Positions 49,222-59,781 of a DNA stretch of 64,000 bases are shown in pieces. Numbering within the stretch: position 1 is the first letter of the stretch; every line of letters starts with the position of its first letter. The position numbers were made by a program, and so were the translations under genes. This DNA is from Nitrospira sp. (lineage in GTDB: Bacteria > Nitrospirota > Nitrospiria > Nitrospirales > Nitrospiraceae), in contig AP038806.1 in the NCBI GenBank assembly GCA_047150005.1, forward strand, positions 704,001-768,000. The letters run 5' to 3'. Under the pieces are notes generated by a model. That model did not search any database, was not told the origin of the DNA, and saw only the letters and a list, made by a program, of their open reading frames with translations.

Positions 49222-50535
49222 TCACTGTGAGACAACGACACCTTCTGAACCTCGTGTCTTCATCCTTACCATCGACCCTGAGGGTGGCAATCGCATCTGT
49301 TCCAGTACCTGGCGCGCTGTCCATGCAATTTGGCGGTAACCTTCAGCGATCGGATGTCCATCGGAATCCTGCCGATACAGCATGCTGCCGTTCTTCACGG
49401 CCTCAACCATCCTGATCGCGGCATCCATACACACGAGGCGCTGGACCTTACAGTAGCCCAGCAGGTCCGCCTTGATCGCGTTCTCATTCATGACGAGATC
49501 TGTGAAGGAGCTGTCCAGGCGCCTCTGCAAGGACGGGTCTATTTCGGCGTAGACTGCCTCTTTGGTAGGAATCAAGACGACTCCGATCTGAACGCCAGCG
49601 CGGATGCTCAATGCTTCCAGCGCGGTGAGGACGTCTTTTGTGATCCTCACCCCTTCTCGAATGCACGCATTCTGCAGATCAACCGCCACCCCCCGATAGC
49701 CGAACGTCAACACTGTCGAGCGGTTTCCATCCTCATACAGAGCCGCCGCCTCAGGATGGTCCAGGGCCCAGGTCATGTCGGCCGTAAGATACAGCTCATC
49801 GACGGACGGAACGGATGGAAGAAGCCCTCGGGTCATCAAGATTTGGATGAGCAGCGACCGTCTCGCAAGCTCCTGCCACAGTCTCGGCACTCGCCCCATC
49901 TCCGCGAGTTGCTTATGCGCGTCCTCGACCCTCGCATAGCCGTTCGCCGCTTCCAGGCGCACCAGGAGATCGGCCAGAGCCGCTGAATAATCTTCATCCG
50001 TATGCCTGTATTTGACGTATGAGTCTGTTCCATAGACATGGTTACAGCTGTCAAACAGGTCATTCCCCAGATAGATTCCGATCAGAATCGCCTGGGGTTT
50101 CAGAGCAAGGGCCTCGCCGGCCAATAACTCATATTGGAGCGGGCCCCATCCTCCGAGCGACATGGAATAGGCTTTTACTTTGCTCATTGCCGCCAGCACG
50201 GAGGGCCAGGTTTCCGATCGGGACACGTTCACGCCCCACGTTTGCGAGTCTCCGATCACCACCACGTCGGCGGACTCAACCTGTTCGCGATTCCGGAATC
50301 CTCTCTCGTCGTGACCCGGAGCGTTCGGCTGGATGCGAACCACCAGCCGGGGGTCCGACACCAGCATTTGCAGCGTCGTATGCGCGGTCGCCGTGTCGCG
50401 ATTGTAAAGAGAGTACCCCGCGGGGGGTTCCAGGAAGACTCGGGCCAGTCCTTCAGCTAACAAGAACCCGGCCATCGTGCCGAGCACCGTCAGAATGGCA
50501 TGGATCACGATTGCTCTGGTGCGCGCCGATCTCAC
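49222..50535 (-). CDS. SGNH-fold protein (AlgJ/AlgX-like polysaccharide acyl modification)
   Basis: N-terminal TM, GFR, IGDSQTWG, GND and DGHP. Confidence 0.75.
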   Translation of the reverse strand: MRSARTRAIVIHAILTVLGTMAGFLLAEGLARVFLEPPAGYSLYNRDTATAHTTLQMLVSDPRLVVRIQPNAPGHDERGFRNREQVESADVVVIGDSQTWGVNVSRSETWPSVLAAMSKVKAYSMSLGGWGPLQYELLAGEALALKPQAILIGIYLGNDLFDSCNHVYGTDSYVKYRHTDEDYSAALADLLVRLEAANGYARVEDAHKQLAEMGRVPRLWQELARRSLLIQILMTRGLLPSVPSVDELYLTADMTWALDHPEAAALYEDGNRSTVLTFGYRGVAVDLQNACIREGVRITKDVLTALEALSIRAGVQIGVVLIPTKEAVYAEIDPSLQRRLDSSFTDLVMNENAIKADLLGYCKVQRLVCMDAAIRMVEAVKNGSMLYRQDSDGHPIAEGYRQIAWTARQVLEQMRLPPSGSMVRMKTRGSEGVVVSQ

Positions 50536-51314
50536 TTCGTCTCACGCGGGTCGGGTTTTTCCGCCGACACGATCAATACGGCGGTCGTCGCGTCTTCTTG
50601 GGTGAATCTGTGCAGATACCGCAGGCGATGAAGCGATCGCTCAACTTCCTCGCTCTCAGTGGACCGGCACTCGACGAATCGAAAGCCGACGCGGTTCAGG
50701 AGGTCGATCCAATCCGACTTTCGCAGGCGATTGACATAGGAACTACGATTCCACTTCATGAGGTTCCACAGCCATTCAGGGTATCGGAGGCAATCGAACA
50801 ACATGCCCGGCGCAGGAGCTTGCTTTCCATAGTAAGAGTGATCGCCCAGATCAATCAGCGAAATCAGTTTTCCTGCGGGCCGCAATACGCGAAAACATTC
50901 CACGACCGTTATGGCGGGAAATCGAAGATGCTCGAAGGCGGTGTGGGACCACAGGAGGTCGAATTGTTCCGACTCGAACGGGAGCGTCTTCCCGTCATAA
51001 ATCCGGTACCGCACCGCCGTTCTCCCGGCTCGTTCAGTAGAAAGATAGTCGACGACGTCGACAGCGGTGCAACTCCTTGCCCCCGCCAATACCGCCAGTT
51101 CCAAGGCGTCAATGGTATGGCCGGGCCCTATTTCCAGAACATCCTTCCCCGTTACCGGCGCAAATCCCGTATAGAACTCGAAGAGTCTCCGGGACTGTAC
51201 AGGGTCGGCATTCAGACCGGTGGAATGAGATCTTCGGGCGAACCGAGCCGCGGGAGGAATGCCCATCACGGCATTCTGCAAGACTTCAAGCAGGATGCGC
51301 TTCATCGTGACCAT
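50532..51314 (-). CDS. Class I SAM-dependent methyltransferase
   Basis: VLEIGPG, LPF....FDL, FEH, RVLRPAG. Confidence 0.85.
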   Translation of the reverse strand: MVTMKRILLEVLQNAVMGIPPAARFARRSHSTGLNADPVQSRRLFEFYTGFAPVTGKDVLEIGPGHTIDALELAVLAGARSCTAVDVVDYLSTERAGRTAVRYRIYDGKTLPFESEQFDLLWSHTAFEHLRFPAITVVECFRVLRPAGKLISLIDLGDHSYYGKQAPAPGMLFDCLRYPEWLWNLMKWNRSSYVNRLRKSDWIDLLNRVGFRFVECRSTESEEVERSLHRLRYLHRFTQEDATTAVLIVSAEKPDPRETK

Positions 51315-51541
51315 TCGTCTCTAGTAGTAGGTGATGGTCCGCTGCCGACTGACGAAAGTCTCGGTCAAAACAACCGAGCCGTTTTTTCCCGACGAGTGCT
51401 GAACCGTCTCTTTGACCCAGTTGCCGGCATGGTCCAACTCGAAGGTGGCGGGCGTCGTCGCGGAGGTAGGCTTGGCGTCAGCCTACCCACGGGGGAATCG
51501 GAAAAAGGCGCTGCAAAGATGTTCGGACAGGATCATGGAGG

Positions 51542-52558
51542 TCAACGCCCCTTCATTCGGCCACGCATCTCGTTGATCATGTCGGTCAGCTCTGCTTCGG
51601 CTCGTGCTCGTTCGCTGACCAGCTTGTCGAGATTGTAGGGGCGCGCCGGATCCGGGCTTGGCTGATCGGGCTTCGCTTGCTTGAGATCCGGCTTTGCCGG
51701 TTTGGTCGGCATTTCCGCCGGAGAAGGTTGAACGGGCTTGGCTGGCGGTGGCGCAGACGGCGACGGTACTTCCGAAGCTGCCCGCGTCTGAGTCGCCGGC
51801 GTCACGACGCCGGCCTCCGAACGGCCGCCGATCCCCTGCTCACGGAGCCATTGCGCCGCGACATTGGACTTGAGTGAGAAGCTGATGCTCGTGATCGGCA
51901 GGCCGTCGGACGCCACACGGGCGATCGCGGTATTCACCCCGATCATACGCCCACCGGTGTCCAGGAGCGGGCCGCCGCTGTTGCCCCGATTCAATCCTGT
52001 TTCCGTCTGAAACACGTTTTTGCCCTGCACCCCGCTGAAGTTGTCCACCTCCGCGCTGATGACTCCGGTGGTCAACGTCCAGAGGCCTCCCTGCTCCGGA
52101 TGTCCGATGGCCACCACCCGATCGCCGATCTTCGTCACCGCGGAGTCATCCAGTCCTACGGTCGGCAAGGCGCCGCTCACTGAGTCAAACTTCAACAGTG
52201 CAAGGTCCAACTGCTGGGAATAGGCGACGATTTTCGCCCGGATCATGCGCGAAAGATCCGATTGTGAGTTGCCGGTCACACGCGGGGGCTTCAAGAATAC
52301 CGACAGGCGCGGGAAAGGCCTTCCCGTCCGTTCGTCGATGACGACATGCGCATTGGTGAGCACGTAGCCGTCCGACCGAATGATCGAACCGGTGCCCCCG
52401 CTCCCCTTCCCTCCGCTGCCGTCCGGATGTCCCATCACCATCACGACGGCCGGTGAAGCCTGTTCATAGATTTCCCGCGGGGAGAGATCCTGGCCGGAGG
52501 CGAACCCCAGCCGAAAACAACTCAAAGTGAGGATCATTCCAAGGACGAGGATTTTCAT
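51542..52558 (-). CDS. Exported trypsin-like (S1C) serine protease without PDZ
   Basis: TNAHV, DLALL, GNSGGPL catalytic motifs; Pro-rich tail; probable ATG at 52558. Confidence 0.9.
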   Translation of the reverse strand: MKILVLGMILTLSCFRLGFASGQDLSPREIYEQASPAVVMVMGHPDGSGGKGSGGTGSIIRSDGYVLTNAHVVIDERTGRPFPRLSVFLKPPRVTGNSQSDLSRMIRAKIVAYSQQLDLALLKFDSVSGALPTVGLDDSAVTKIGDRVVAIGHPEQGGLWTLTTGVISAEVDNFSGVQGKNVFQTETGLNRGNSGGPLLDTGGRMIGVNTAIARVASDGLPITSISFSLKSNVAAQWLREQGIGGRSEAGVVTPATQTRAASEVPSPSAPPPAKPVQPSPAEMPTKPAKPDLKQAKPDQPSPDPARPYNLDKLVSERARAEAELTDMINEMRGRMKGR

Positions 52559-52658
52559 GTGATCGACCAATGACGTGAGGCACATGCAGCCGCCCCGACA
52601 GACACCTCCGACATTATATCGGAATCGCCCAAGGGCAACAGATACGGAGGACGGACGG

Positions 52659-53846
52659 TCATCGCGAGAGCCCGAGCGCTTGAGACCGCAGCTCATCGCG
52701 GCCGCCTTTCAACAACTCCTTATACAACACTTCATATTGCTGCACCATGTAGTCGATGTGAAATTCGAGCGGGAGCGAGTCCGCCCGTTGCCTTACATTC
52801 CCAAGCGACTCACGACTCTGACGATACAGTCGCACGAGCGAGACCGACAGGGTCTCCACGTCTCCGTCATCGACCACCATGCTCGACCGGTGAGTCGCCA
52901 TGGCCTCCTGCACTCCACCCACATTGGTCGCCACGATCGGGAGCCCTGTGGCCCTGGCTTCCAGAATGACACGGGGCAGCCCTTCCCAACGCGAGGTCAG
53001 CACAAAGGCGTCCATCGCCATCATGGACGCGGGAATATCCCTTCTCCACCCGGCCAAACGGACGCGATCTTCAAGACCATATCGGCCGATCAGCGACTCC
53101 ACCAGCTGGCGCAGTTCTCCGTCTCCGATAAGCACAAACCTGGCCTGCGGGAGACGGTCGCACACGTTCTTGGCCACGGCCATGAAATTCTCCGGAGCTT
53201 TTTGGGGCTTGAGACAAGCGACCGTGCCGACCAACCAATGATCGGGGCCGGCCCCAAACTCACAACGCATGGCATCACGGTCTCGTGCATCAGCCGACAG
53301 CTGGAACGGCCTGGGATCGATTCCCGGCCTGATGAGCGACACGTTTCTCTCAAAGAGTCCCCAGCTCCTACCTCTGTCGATATCGGTTTGCGCTACGGCG
53401 ATCCAATGAGTCGTGATCCATCCGGTGATCCGTTCGAGCCAGGTGAACAACCGTCGGACCGCCGACGACTGCCCGGGAGTGATGCCGAACCCATGAATCG
53501 TATGCACGATAATCGGCACCCCGGCCAGCCAGGCGGCCCATCGGCCGAGGATACCCGCCTTCGAACTGTGCGTATGGACGATCGTCGGACGCAGGCGGCG
53601 AAACAGGACGATCAACTCGATGAGAGCTGCGAGATCCCCGAAGAGATGCACCGGACGCCCGAGCCAGGACAACAGGATGACCTCAAGCCCCCGGATCGCT
53701 TTCGCGTCGTCATTAAGGAGGCCACCGGGACCGGTGGCGAGTACGGGGCGATACTTCGCGGGGTCAAGATGGGAGACGAGATGCAGGGCTACCTCCTGCG
53801 CTCCACCCAGTTCGAGTTTCGTGATGACATGGCAAACCGTTTCCAT
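52659..53846 (-). CDS. Glycosyltransferase family 4
   Basis: GGAQ, HTHSSKAG, EGLPRVILEA...G.PIVATNVGG. Confidence 0.92.
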   Translation of the reverse strand: METVCHVITKLELGGAQEVALHLVSHLDPAKYRPVLATGPGGLLNDDAKAIRGLEVILLSWLGRPVHLFGDLAALIELIVLFRRLRPTIVHTHSSKAGILGRWAAWLAGVPIIVHTIHGFGITPGQSSAVRRLFTWLERITGWITTHWIAVAQTDIDRGRSWGLFERNVSLIRPGIDPRPFQLSADARDRDAMRCEFGAGPDHWLVGTVACLKPQKAPENFMAVAKNVCDRLPQARFVLIGDGELRQLVESLIGRYGLEDRVRLAGWRRDIPASMMAMDAFVLTSRWEGLPRVILEARATGLPIVATNVGGVQEAMATHRSSMVVDDGDVETLSVSLVRLYRQSRESLGNVRQRADSLPLEFHIDYMVQQYEVLYKELLKGGRDELRSQALGLSR

Positions 53847-53855
53847 GCGATAGGC

Positions 53856-55184
53856 TCACGCCGTCACTGGCTGCGCCAGTTGCCCTCTCAGTCGTTCCGC
53901 CAATTGCTTGCCTTGTCCGATCGCATCTTCCATCGACGTGTGCTCCCAACGTCCATACCGGCCGATCGAATAGATTCCACGCCGTTCGAGTTCGGCAAGA
54001 ATGGCGGGCATTGCACGGGCACGATGGCGGTCGAAGTAGACGTAGGCGTATCGCAAGTCCTTCACGTCGGCCACGACGAGTTCGTCGTCCGAGCGCAGGA
54101 TTCCGGTTTTCTCCAAACCGGAACGAGCCTGTTCGATCAGCTGCTCCGCTGATTGCTGTTCCGCCGGTCGATGAGAGATTTCCACGTACATGGAACTGCA
54201 CCCGGGCCTACCGAGCGACGGAGAGAAATTCATGGGGAAGCCGACACGGTAGAAGGGGTACCTCGACTCAGGGAAATAGATCCAGTGTTTGTCGGAGATC
54301 TGTTCCCGGGACACGCCGAGATTGACGTTATAGACCGACACCCAGCGAAGCCCCGCGGCGGCCTCTTTCAGACGCTGAGGAAAGTCCAGGCAGCGACGGA
54401 CCAGTTCCGGCACGGGGATCGTCGAGACGAGGGATTCGTAGTGCTCGGTTCTGGTCTCGTCTCGCCGCCGGTCACTGAAGACCGCTCGACGGCGCTTCGT
54501 ATCCACCTCGATCAACTCACAATCGCGTTCCACCTGATCGATGCCGGACAGGAACGACTCGGGCAGGACTCGGATCCCATCGTTCGCCGGATAGAGGAAT
54601 GAAGGGTTGTAGCCAAAGGCTTTGTCCTTGATGCCCAGCGCCCCATTGACGACATCCTTGAGCTCCGGCTTGGGCACGAGCCAGGACACCCAGTCGGACG
54701 TCAGTTCATCCAGCGAAACCCGCCACAGCTTCTCGTTGAACGGCACCATGAAATGCTTGGCCATGCCGTCCCCGAGGTTGTCGAGAATCCACTGTTTGAA
54801 CGATCTGTTCCGAGGCGCGATCGACGCCACCGGCTGCGTCAGCGTCGCGATGAATCCCATCAGGCACTCTCGGATCACTTCCGGAGGCAGCCCGAACGTA
54901 TTGACCTGAAACGGATATTCCGTGTAGGTCTGATGGGAATAGATGAACGACTTTCTCCCGTGTTGCAGCAGCTTGCCGGCGAGCAGCCTTTCCACCAGCG
55001 CTTTGATCTCCGGCTGCCGGAAGTGCAACAGATGTCCCGTGTAGTCGAAGGTGAACCCGTCCTTGCGATAGGACCGGCACAGCCCACCCACGTGCTGTTC
55101 CCGTTCGTAGATACGAAAGTGAAGGCCCGACAGGTGATATGCGGTACTGAGACCGGCCAAACCGGCGCCGACGATGACGATCAT
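53856..55184 (-). CDS. FAD-dependent oxidoreductase (possible NDP-sugar pyranose mutase)
   Basis: IVGAGLAGL, GGLCRS, FDYTGH, YPFQ, GRYGRW; ATG overlaps the wecA-like stop. Confidence 0.78.
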   Translation of the reverse strand: MIVIVGAGLAGLSTAYHLSGLHFRIYEREQHVGGLCRSYRKDGFTFDYTGHLLHFRQPEIKALVERLLAGKLLQHGRKSFIYSHQTYTEYPFQVNTFGLPPEVIRECLMGFIATLTQPVASIAPRNRSFKQWILDNLGDGMAKHFMVPFNEKLWRVSLDELTSDWVSWLVPKPELKDVVNGALGIKDKAFGYNPSFLYPANDGIRVLPESFLSGIDQVERDCELIEVDTKRRRAVFSDRRRDETRTEHYESLVSTIPVPELVRRCLDFPQRLKEAAAGLRWVSVYNVNLGVSREQISDKHWIYFPESRYPFYRVGFPMNFSPSLGRPGCSSMYVEISHRPAEQQSAEQLIEQARSGLEKTGILRSDDELVVADVKDLRYAYVYFDRHRARAMPAILAELERRGIYSIGRYGRWEHTSMEDAIGQGKQLAERLRGQLAQPVTA

Positions 55185-56221
55185 GCGGCAGTCCTTTCTT
55201 CTTCCGGTTCCGGTACAGCGTGAGCCGGCTTCCGCACACCGACCTGCTTCAAGACCATCGTGGCGGTGAGCAGCAGGGCCACGATCCCAAGGCAGAGGCT
55301 GATCGCGACCTGTTCGCTGACGCTCATCACGAGCAGCCCGACGGCTCCTACACAGGCCGTCGCCAGATAGCTGACGACGACTACCTGCGGCACCGACATA
55401 CCCCAATGACGCAGTCGGATCGCGATGTGGTCCGGACTGCCCCAAAAGATCGGCAAGCCGCGCTGATACCTGACGTACATCACGAACAGGGTGTCGAAGA
55501 TCGGGATGCCGAGAATGAACACCGGGGTCAGGAGCGAGAAGGGGTGATCGCTCGGATATCTTTCGATCATCGTCATGGCCCCGAGGAGCAGCCCGATGAA
55601 CATGGCGCCGGTATCGCCCATGTAGATCCGCGCCGGCTGCCAGTTATAGCGAAGAAATCCCAAGAGGCTGCCGATCAAAGCCGCAAGCATGAACGCAATC
55701 GTCTGGTCGCCTTGCACGAGGGACACGACCAACAGACAACTCGCGCTCACGGCGCCCACACCCGCGGAGAGTCCGTCCATGATGTCCAGCAGATTGAACG
55801 CGTTGATCAGGCCGATCATCCAGAACACCGTCAAGATCAGATCGAGCCACTCGGGGAAGGCGGCAATTTCGATTCTGATTCCGCTCTTGATCAACACGAA
55901 TACCGCGAGGAGCTGCCCGGCCAGCTTCGTCCAGGGCGTGAGCACGCCGAAATCGTCGATGAGTCCGAGCATCACCACAATCGTCCCGCCGAGGATGATT
56001 CCAAGCACGTCCTGGCGAAATTCGAAGGTGAAGGCCAAACTCATCAGAAACGCGAGGTAGATCGCGAGCCCTCCGAAATATGGAACCGGTTCCTGTTGGT
56101 GCTTCAGCCTCCCGTCCGGAGCGTCTACGATTCCGTACTTCAGCGCGGCCTTCCGGGCGATGGGAACGCCATAGAGGGACAGGAGCACGGCCAACACGAA
56201 TGTCAGGATGTATATGTGCAT
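55181..56221 (-). CDS. wecA: MraY/WecA-family polyprenyl-phosphate HexNAc-1-P transferase
   Basis: PYFGG, GLIDD, NAFNLLDIMDGL, YN..PARIYMGDTG. Confidence 0.85.
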   Translation of the reverse strand: MHIYILTFVLAVLLSLYGVPIARKAALKYGIVDAPDGRLKHQQEPVPYFGGLAIYLAFLMSLAFTFEFRQDVLGIILGGTIVVMLGLIDDFGVLTPWTKLAGQLLAVFVLIKSGIRIEIAAFPEWLDLILTVFWMIGLINAFNLLDIMDGLSAGVGAVSASCLLVVSLVQGDQTIAFMLAALIGSLLGFLRYNWQPARIYMGDTGAMFIGLLLGAMTMIERYPSDHPFSLLTPVFILGIPIFDTLFVMYVRYQRGLPIFWGSPDHIAIRLRHWGMSVPQVVVVSYLATACVGAVGLLVMSVSEQVAISLCLGIVALLLTATMVLKQVGVRKPAHAVPEPEEERTAA

Positions 56222-56278
56222 TACCGCGCCGACCTTCTCACGTGTGCGGACGTGACAGCGATTCGCTTTTTCATCGCT

Positions 56279-57397
56279 TCATGCGTTGGCAAGGCAGGCC
56301 TCGTACACCTGTTCATGCCGCCGGACAATGGCTTGAATGCCGTAGCGTTCTCTCGCATGGATCTGCCCGCGGAGCGCGATCCGTCGAGCACGTTCAGGGC
56401 TCTCAAGGAACGCGTGAATCGCCTCGGCGAGGGCCGTCACGTTGCCGGGCTCGACAAGAAGGCCCGTTTCCCCGTGAGTGACAAATTCCGGGATGCCTCC
56501 CACCGACGTCGCGATCACCGGTCTCCCCGCCGCCATCGCTTCCAGAAGGGCGATCCCGAAACCTTCATAGAGGGAAGGGAGAACGAAGATGTCGAAGAGC
56601 GGCAAGAGCTGAGGAATATCCCGGCGGGCTCCAGCGAAAATGATCGGTGACGCGACGGCCAGTTTTCGACTCATCGCGCGAAGGTCCTCCTCTGCAGGCC
56701 CCTCTCCGACAAGCAGGACCTGACACCATCGGGCTGTCGACCTCCGTTCCAGATAGGCTACCGCCTCAAGAAGCACCTTCAATCCTTTCTTCGGCTCGAC
56801 CAAACGGGAGACCGTTCCGATGACCGGAAGGCCGGCTTCCAACCCCAGCTCAGCCCGGGACACTGTCTTCACCTGGGAGAATCGACTGGCATCCACGCCG
56901 AAGGGGATCACCACAAACTGTTCCTCCCGGCCGCCTATTCTTGCCGCAACCGACCGTTGCACGGCATGAGAGCAGCACACGATCATTTTCGCCCACCCCA
57001 TGGTCATTCGATCCACCAGGCGGTACAACCAGTTCTCCTGCACCACCTCGTCGTGATACGAGGAGATCACCAACAGCCTGCTGCTGAGGCGACGCATCAT
57101 ACGGGCCGTCATGTTGGCCCAGAACAGGAACGATTGAACGAGAGCCGGCTGTTCTTTCTTGATCGTGACCCACAGCCTCCAGATCACTCGCGGATCGAAT
57201 TTTCCCCGGCCCTCGAGCGACATGACCCGTACTCCGCGTGATTCGAGTTCAGTCCCGACTCGTCCCAACGGTTTGAGGGAGCACACCAGCACGTCGAACT
57301 TTCGCCCATCCATCCGAGAGGCCAACTCAAGGACGTGGGACTCCGTCCCGCCTATTCCACAGCCGACGACGAGGAGTAGAATTTTTCGCGGCATCAT
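56279..57397 (-). CDS. Glycosyltransferase family 4
   Basis: GGTE, EGFGIALLEAMAAG.PVIATSVGGIPE. Confidence 0.92.
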   Translation of the reverse strand: MMPRKILLLVVGCGIGGTESHVLELASRMDGRKFDVLVCSLKPLGRVGTELESRGVRVMSLEGRGKFDPRVIWRLWVTIKKEQPALVQSFLFWANMTARMMRRLSSRLLVISSYHDEVVQENWLYRLVDRMTMGWAKMIVCCSHAVQRSVAARIGGREEQFVVIPFGVDASRFSQVKTVSRAELGLEAGLPVIGTVSRLVEPKKGLKVLLEAVAYLERRSTARWCQVLLVGEGPAEEDLRAMSRKLAVASPIIFAGARRDIPQLLPLFDIFVLPSLYEGFGIALLEAMAAGRPVIATSVGGIPEFVTHGETGLLVEPGNVTALAEAIHAFLESPERARRIALRGQIHARERYGIQAIVRRHEQVYEACLANA

Positions 57398-57437
57398 CCG
57401 TCACCGGTCCCTTGCGCTGCGTCATGCCGTCGTCATG

Positions 57438-58853
57438 TCACACCGCCGCGACCTGTGTATCCCGATTCCTGACCGGCCTCGACTGACCGCGTTCATCGGC
57501 TTTCCACACTTTTCGAATCTCCCCGAACCAATTCAGATAGGCGCGGACCTGCCCGTTGAGATCAAAACGACTCCTCGCAGCCTCAACCGCATTTCCTCCG
57601 CAGCTCGCCCGAAGCTCATGCCGCGCGAGAAGCCGCATGATGCGCTCCACCATCCCGTCGATATCGCCTCCCGGCACGAGAAATCCCGTTTTCCCATCGT
57701 CGATCTGCTCGGGAATGCCTCCGACTGCCGTCGCAACCACAGGAACCCCGCAGGCCAAAGCCTCAAGGACTGAATGCGGGAACGTATCGGCTCGCGCCGC
57801 ATGAAGATAGACATCCGCGGCCTGGTAATATTGAGCGACCATGGTGCGGTCGTGAAGGTAAGGGACGAATTTCATCGTGACGTTCCCCATTCGATCGTCC
57901 TGCGCTTCCTCGCCCAGCGCGATCACCCACATTTCCTGCGCTTTCGCTTGGATAACGAGCTTCTCAACGACCTTCTGCACCATGAAATAGTCTTTCCACA
58001 TGTTGTCCCGAATTCCATGCGCGACGACCAAAAGCACCTGGGCTTGTCGAGGGATTCCCAAAGCCAGGCGGGCGGCGGTCTTGTCGGCAGGACGAAAGAC
58101 AGAAAGATCGACACCGTTCGGAATCACTTTGGCCTCGACTAAGGCGGGGCGCAGCATCGATGACTGGACCTTCTGCATCAGCCAGCGGGACGGCATTGCG
58201 ACGTGGAGTCGACTCTTGGCGTAAATGGCCTGTTTCCGCTTCCAATTGAACGCGGTCGCATCCCGTCGAACGGGGGGATAGATCGTCAAGTCGGGACAGG
58301 CCCCGCATCCGCTCTTCCAACGATCACATTCGAAGGAGTGAGCACAGTGTCCACTCAGCATCCAGGCGTCGTGCAAGGTCAATACGACCGGGAACACGTG
58401 GCTCCATCTGGCCAAGACAGAGAGGTCAAAGTACCCTCCGCCCCCCAACCAGGAACCGTGCAGGTTATGACAATGGATGATATCCGGTCCGCCTGGCACC
58501 ATGTCTTTGAGCTGATAGGTACCGGGAAAATCGAAGTCCTCCTTCCCCTGCAACAGCTGCAACAAGCGATGCGGTTGCCCGAATCCTAAGGCGATCATTT
58601 GACGAAGGCGTCTGCCTCCTTTCCCCGTCGCACCAAGTCGTTCCAGTCGATCAGCAATGGCCAGGCACCAGCGACTCCATGGAGTCCTATGCCGGTCATG
58701 AAGGACTGGAATCACGTCGGGGTCTTGGGAGTTTTTTTGCCCGACGGCGAACGAGGAAAGGTGACCGGCTTGCCGATAGCCCTGCATGAGCTGCCAGGCC
58801 ACGGCTTCAGCCCCACCAGCCACATCGGCCGTATTGACCTGCAATATTCGCAT
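57438..58853 (-). CDS. Glycosyltransferase family 4 (WcaC-like)
   Basis: GGA, HNLHG, TLHD.W...GHC...[22 protein letters not shown]. Confidence 0.88.
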   Translation of the reverse strand: MRILQVNTADVAGGAEAVAWQLMQGYRQAGHLSSFAVGQKNSQDPDVIPVLHDRHRTPWSRWCLAIADRLERLGATGKGGRRLRQMIALGFGQPHRLLQLLQGKEDFDFPGTYQLKDMVPGGPDIIHCHNLHGSWLGGGGYFDLSVLARWSHVFPVVLTLHDAWMLSGHCAHSFECDRWKSGCGACPDLTIYPPVRRDATAFNWKRKQAIYAKSRLHVAMPSRWLMQKVQSSMLRPALVEAKVIPNGVDLSVFRPADKTAARLALGIPRQAQVLLVVAHGIRDNMWKDYFMVQKVVEKLVIQAKAQEMWVIALGEEAQDDRMGNVTMKFVPYLHDRTMVAQYYQAADVYLHAARADTFPHSVLEALACGVPVVATAVGGIPEQIDDGKTGFLVPGGDIDGMVERIMRLLARHELRASCGGNAVEAARSRFDLNGQVRAYLNWFGEIRKVWKADERGQSRPVRNRDTQVAAV

Positions 58854-58869
58854 CGCTCTAGAATACATC

Positions 58870-59781
58870 TCAGAGTGCAAAGCCGGTAATGATTTCCCAA
58901 TCTTTTCCGGCCCATACGACAACCTTGGCCGGGTAGAACAGACCGGTCCTGTGCAGGAGATCACGGCCCCAATTCGGCAGGCGGGCAAGAGAATGCTGGC
59001 GAAGCAGCTTCCAAAGCCCCCCCCTCACGATCTCTTCGCCTGCGCGACAAGGCCATTCTCCGTATCGCCGAAGCACGGCCTCGGCTTCCGCCATATAGGC
59101 ATCCCGGAGCTGTACGGATTTTTGGTTCCCGTGCGAACGAAATCCACCCAACAACGCCCGTACCCCGTAGAGGTCGGCATGCTCGAAAAAACGGGCCCAC
59201 AGGTCAAAATCCGCCGCCAACTTAAAGGAAGGATCGAGCCGTCCGCCCGCCCGTTCCCACAATGAGCGCCTCCAGAATGTCGACTCCTGCTGGATCCATC
59301 GCTTCCCATGGGAGCCCTTGACCGGGAAATTGCTTCCTTTCAAGAAGGCCTTGCGATGGAAACCGCCTGTAAAATCGATCGACGTCGCCTGTCCTGTCTC
59401 GTTCCACATCAAGGGATGCAAGGTCGTCATCCACTGTATCTCCGGATAGGACCTGAAGATGTCTGCCACGATGGAAAACGCCCAGGGCATGTACTTATCG
59501 TCGCTATTCAACCAGGCCATAATCTCTCCGCTCGTACGCGCGAAGCCCTTATTGATCGCGTCGTACTGTCCCTGATCAGGCTCACTGCTCCAATAGGCCA
59601 GACGGCGCTCGTATTTCCGAATGGTCTCAACGCTGCCGTCTGTCGATCCTCCGTCGATCACCACGTGCTCGAGATTCGCGTAGCCCTGTTCGATCACGGA
59701 CCGAATGGCGTCCTCAAGAAATTGTCCCTGATTGTAGGAGGGGGTCACGACGGACAGCGTGGGAGAACCCGACCGTTTCAT
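58870..59781 (-). CDS. Glycosyltransferase family 2
   Basis: SVVTPSYNQ, IDGGSTDGS, AINKG, WLNSDD. Confidence 0.93.
   Translation of the reverse strand: MKRSGSPTLSVVTPSYNQGQFLEDAIRSVIEQGYANLEHVVIDGGSTDGSVETIRKYERRLAYWSSEPDQGQYDAINKGFARTSGEIMAWLNSDDKYMPWAFSIVADIFRSYPEIQWMTTLHPLMWNETGQATSIDFTGGFHRKAFLKGSNFPVKGSHGKRWIQQESTFWRRSLWERAGGRLDPSFKLAADFDLWARFFEHADLYGVRALLGGFRSHGNQKSVQLRDAYMAEAEAVLRRYGEWPCRAGEEIVRGGLWKLLRQHSLARLPNWGRDLLHRTGLFYPAKVVVWAGKDWEIITGFAL

Noticed and set aside
51315..51541. Possible riboswitch upstream of the methyltransferase
   Set aside because: Hairpins are present, but I could not match a known aptamer consensus; an Rfam scan would be needed.
50019..56650. Long plus-strand ORFs (539, 525 and 476 aa)
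   Set aside because: They overlap well-supported minus-strand genes and have Arg/Pro-rich non-protein-like composition.
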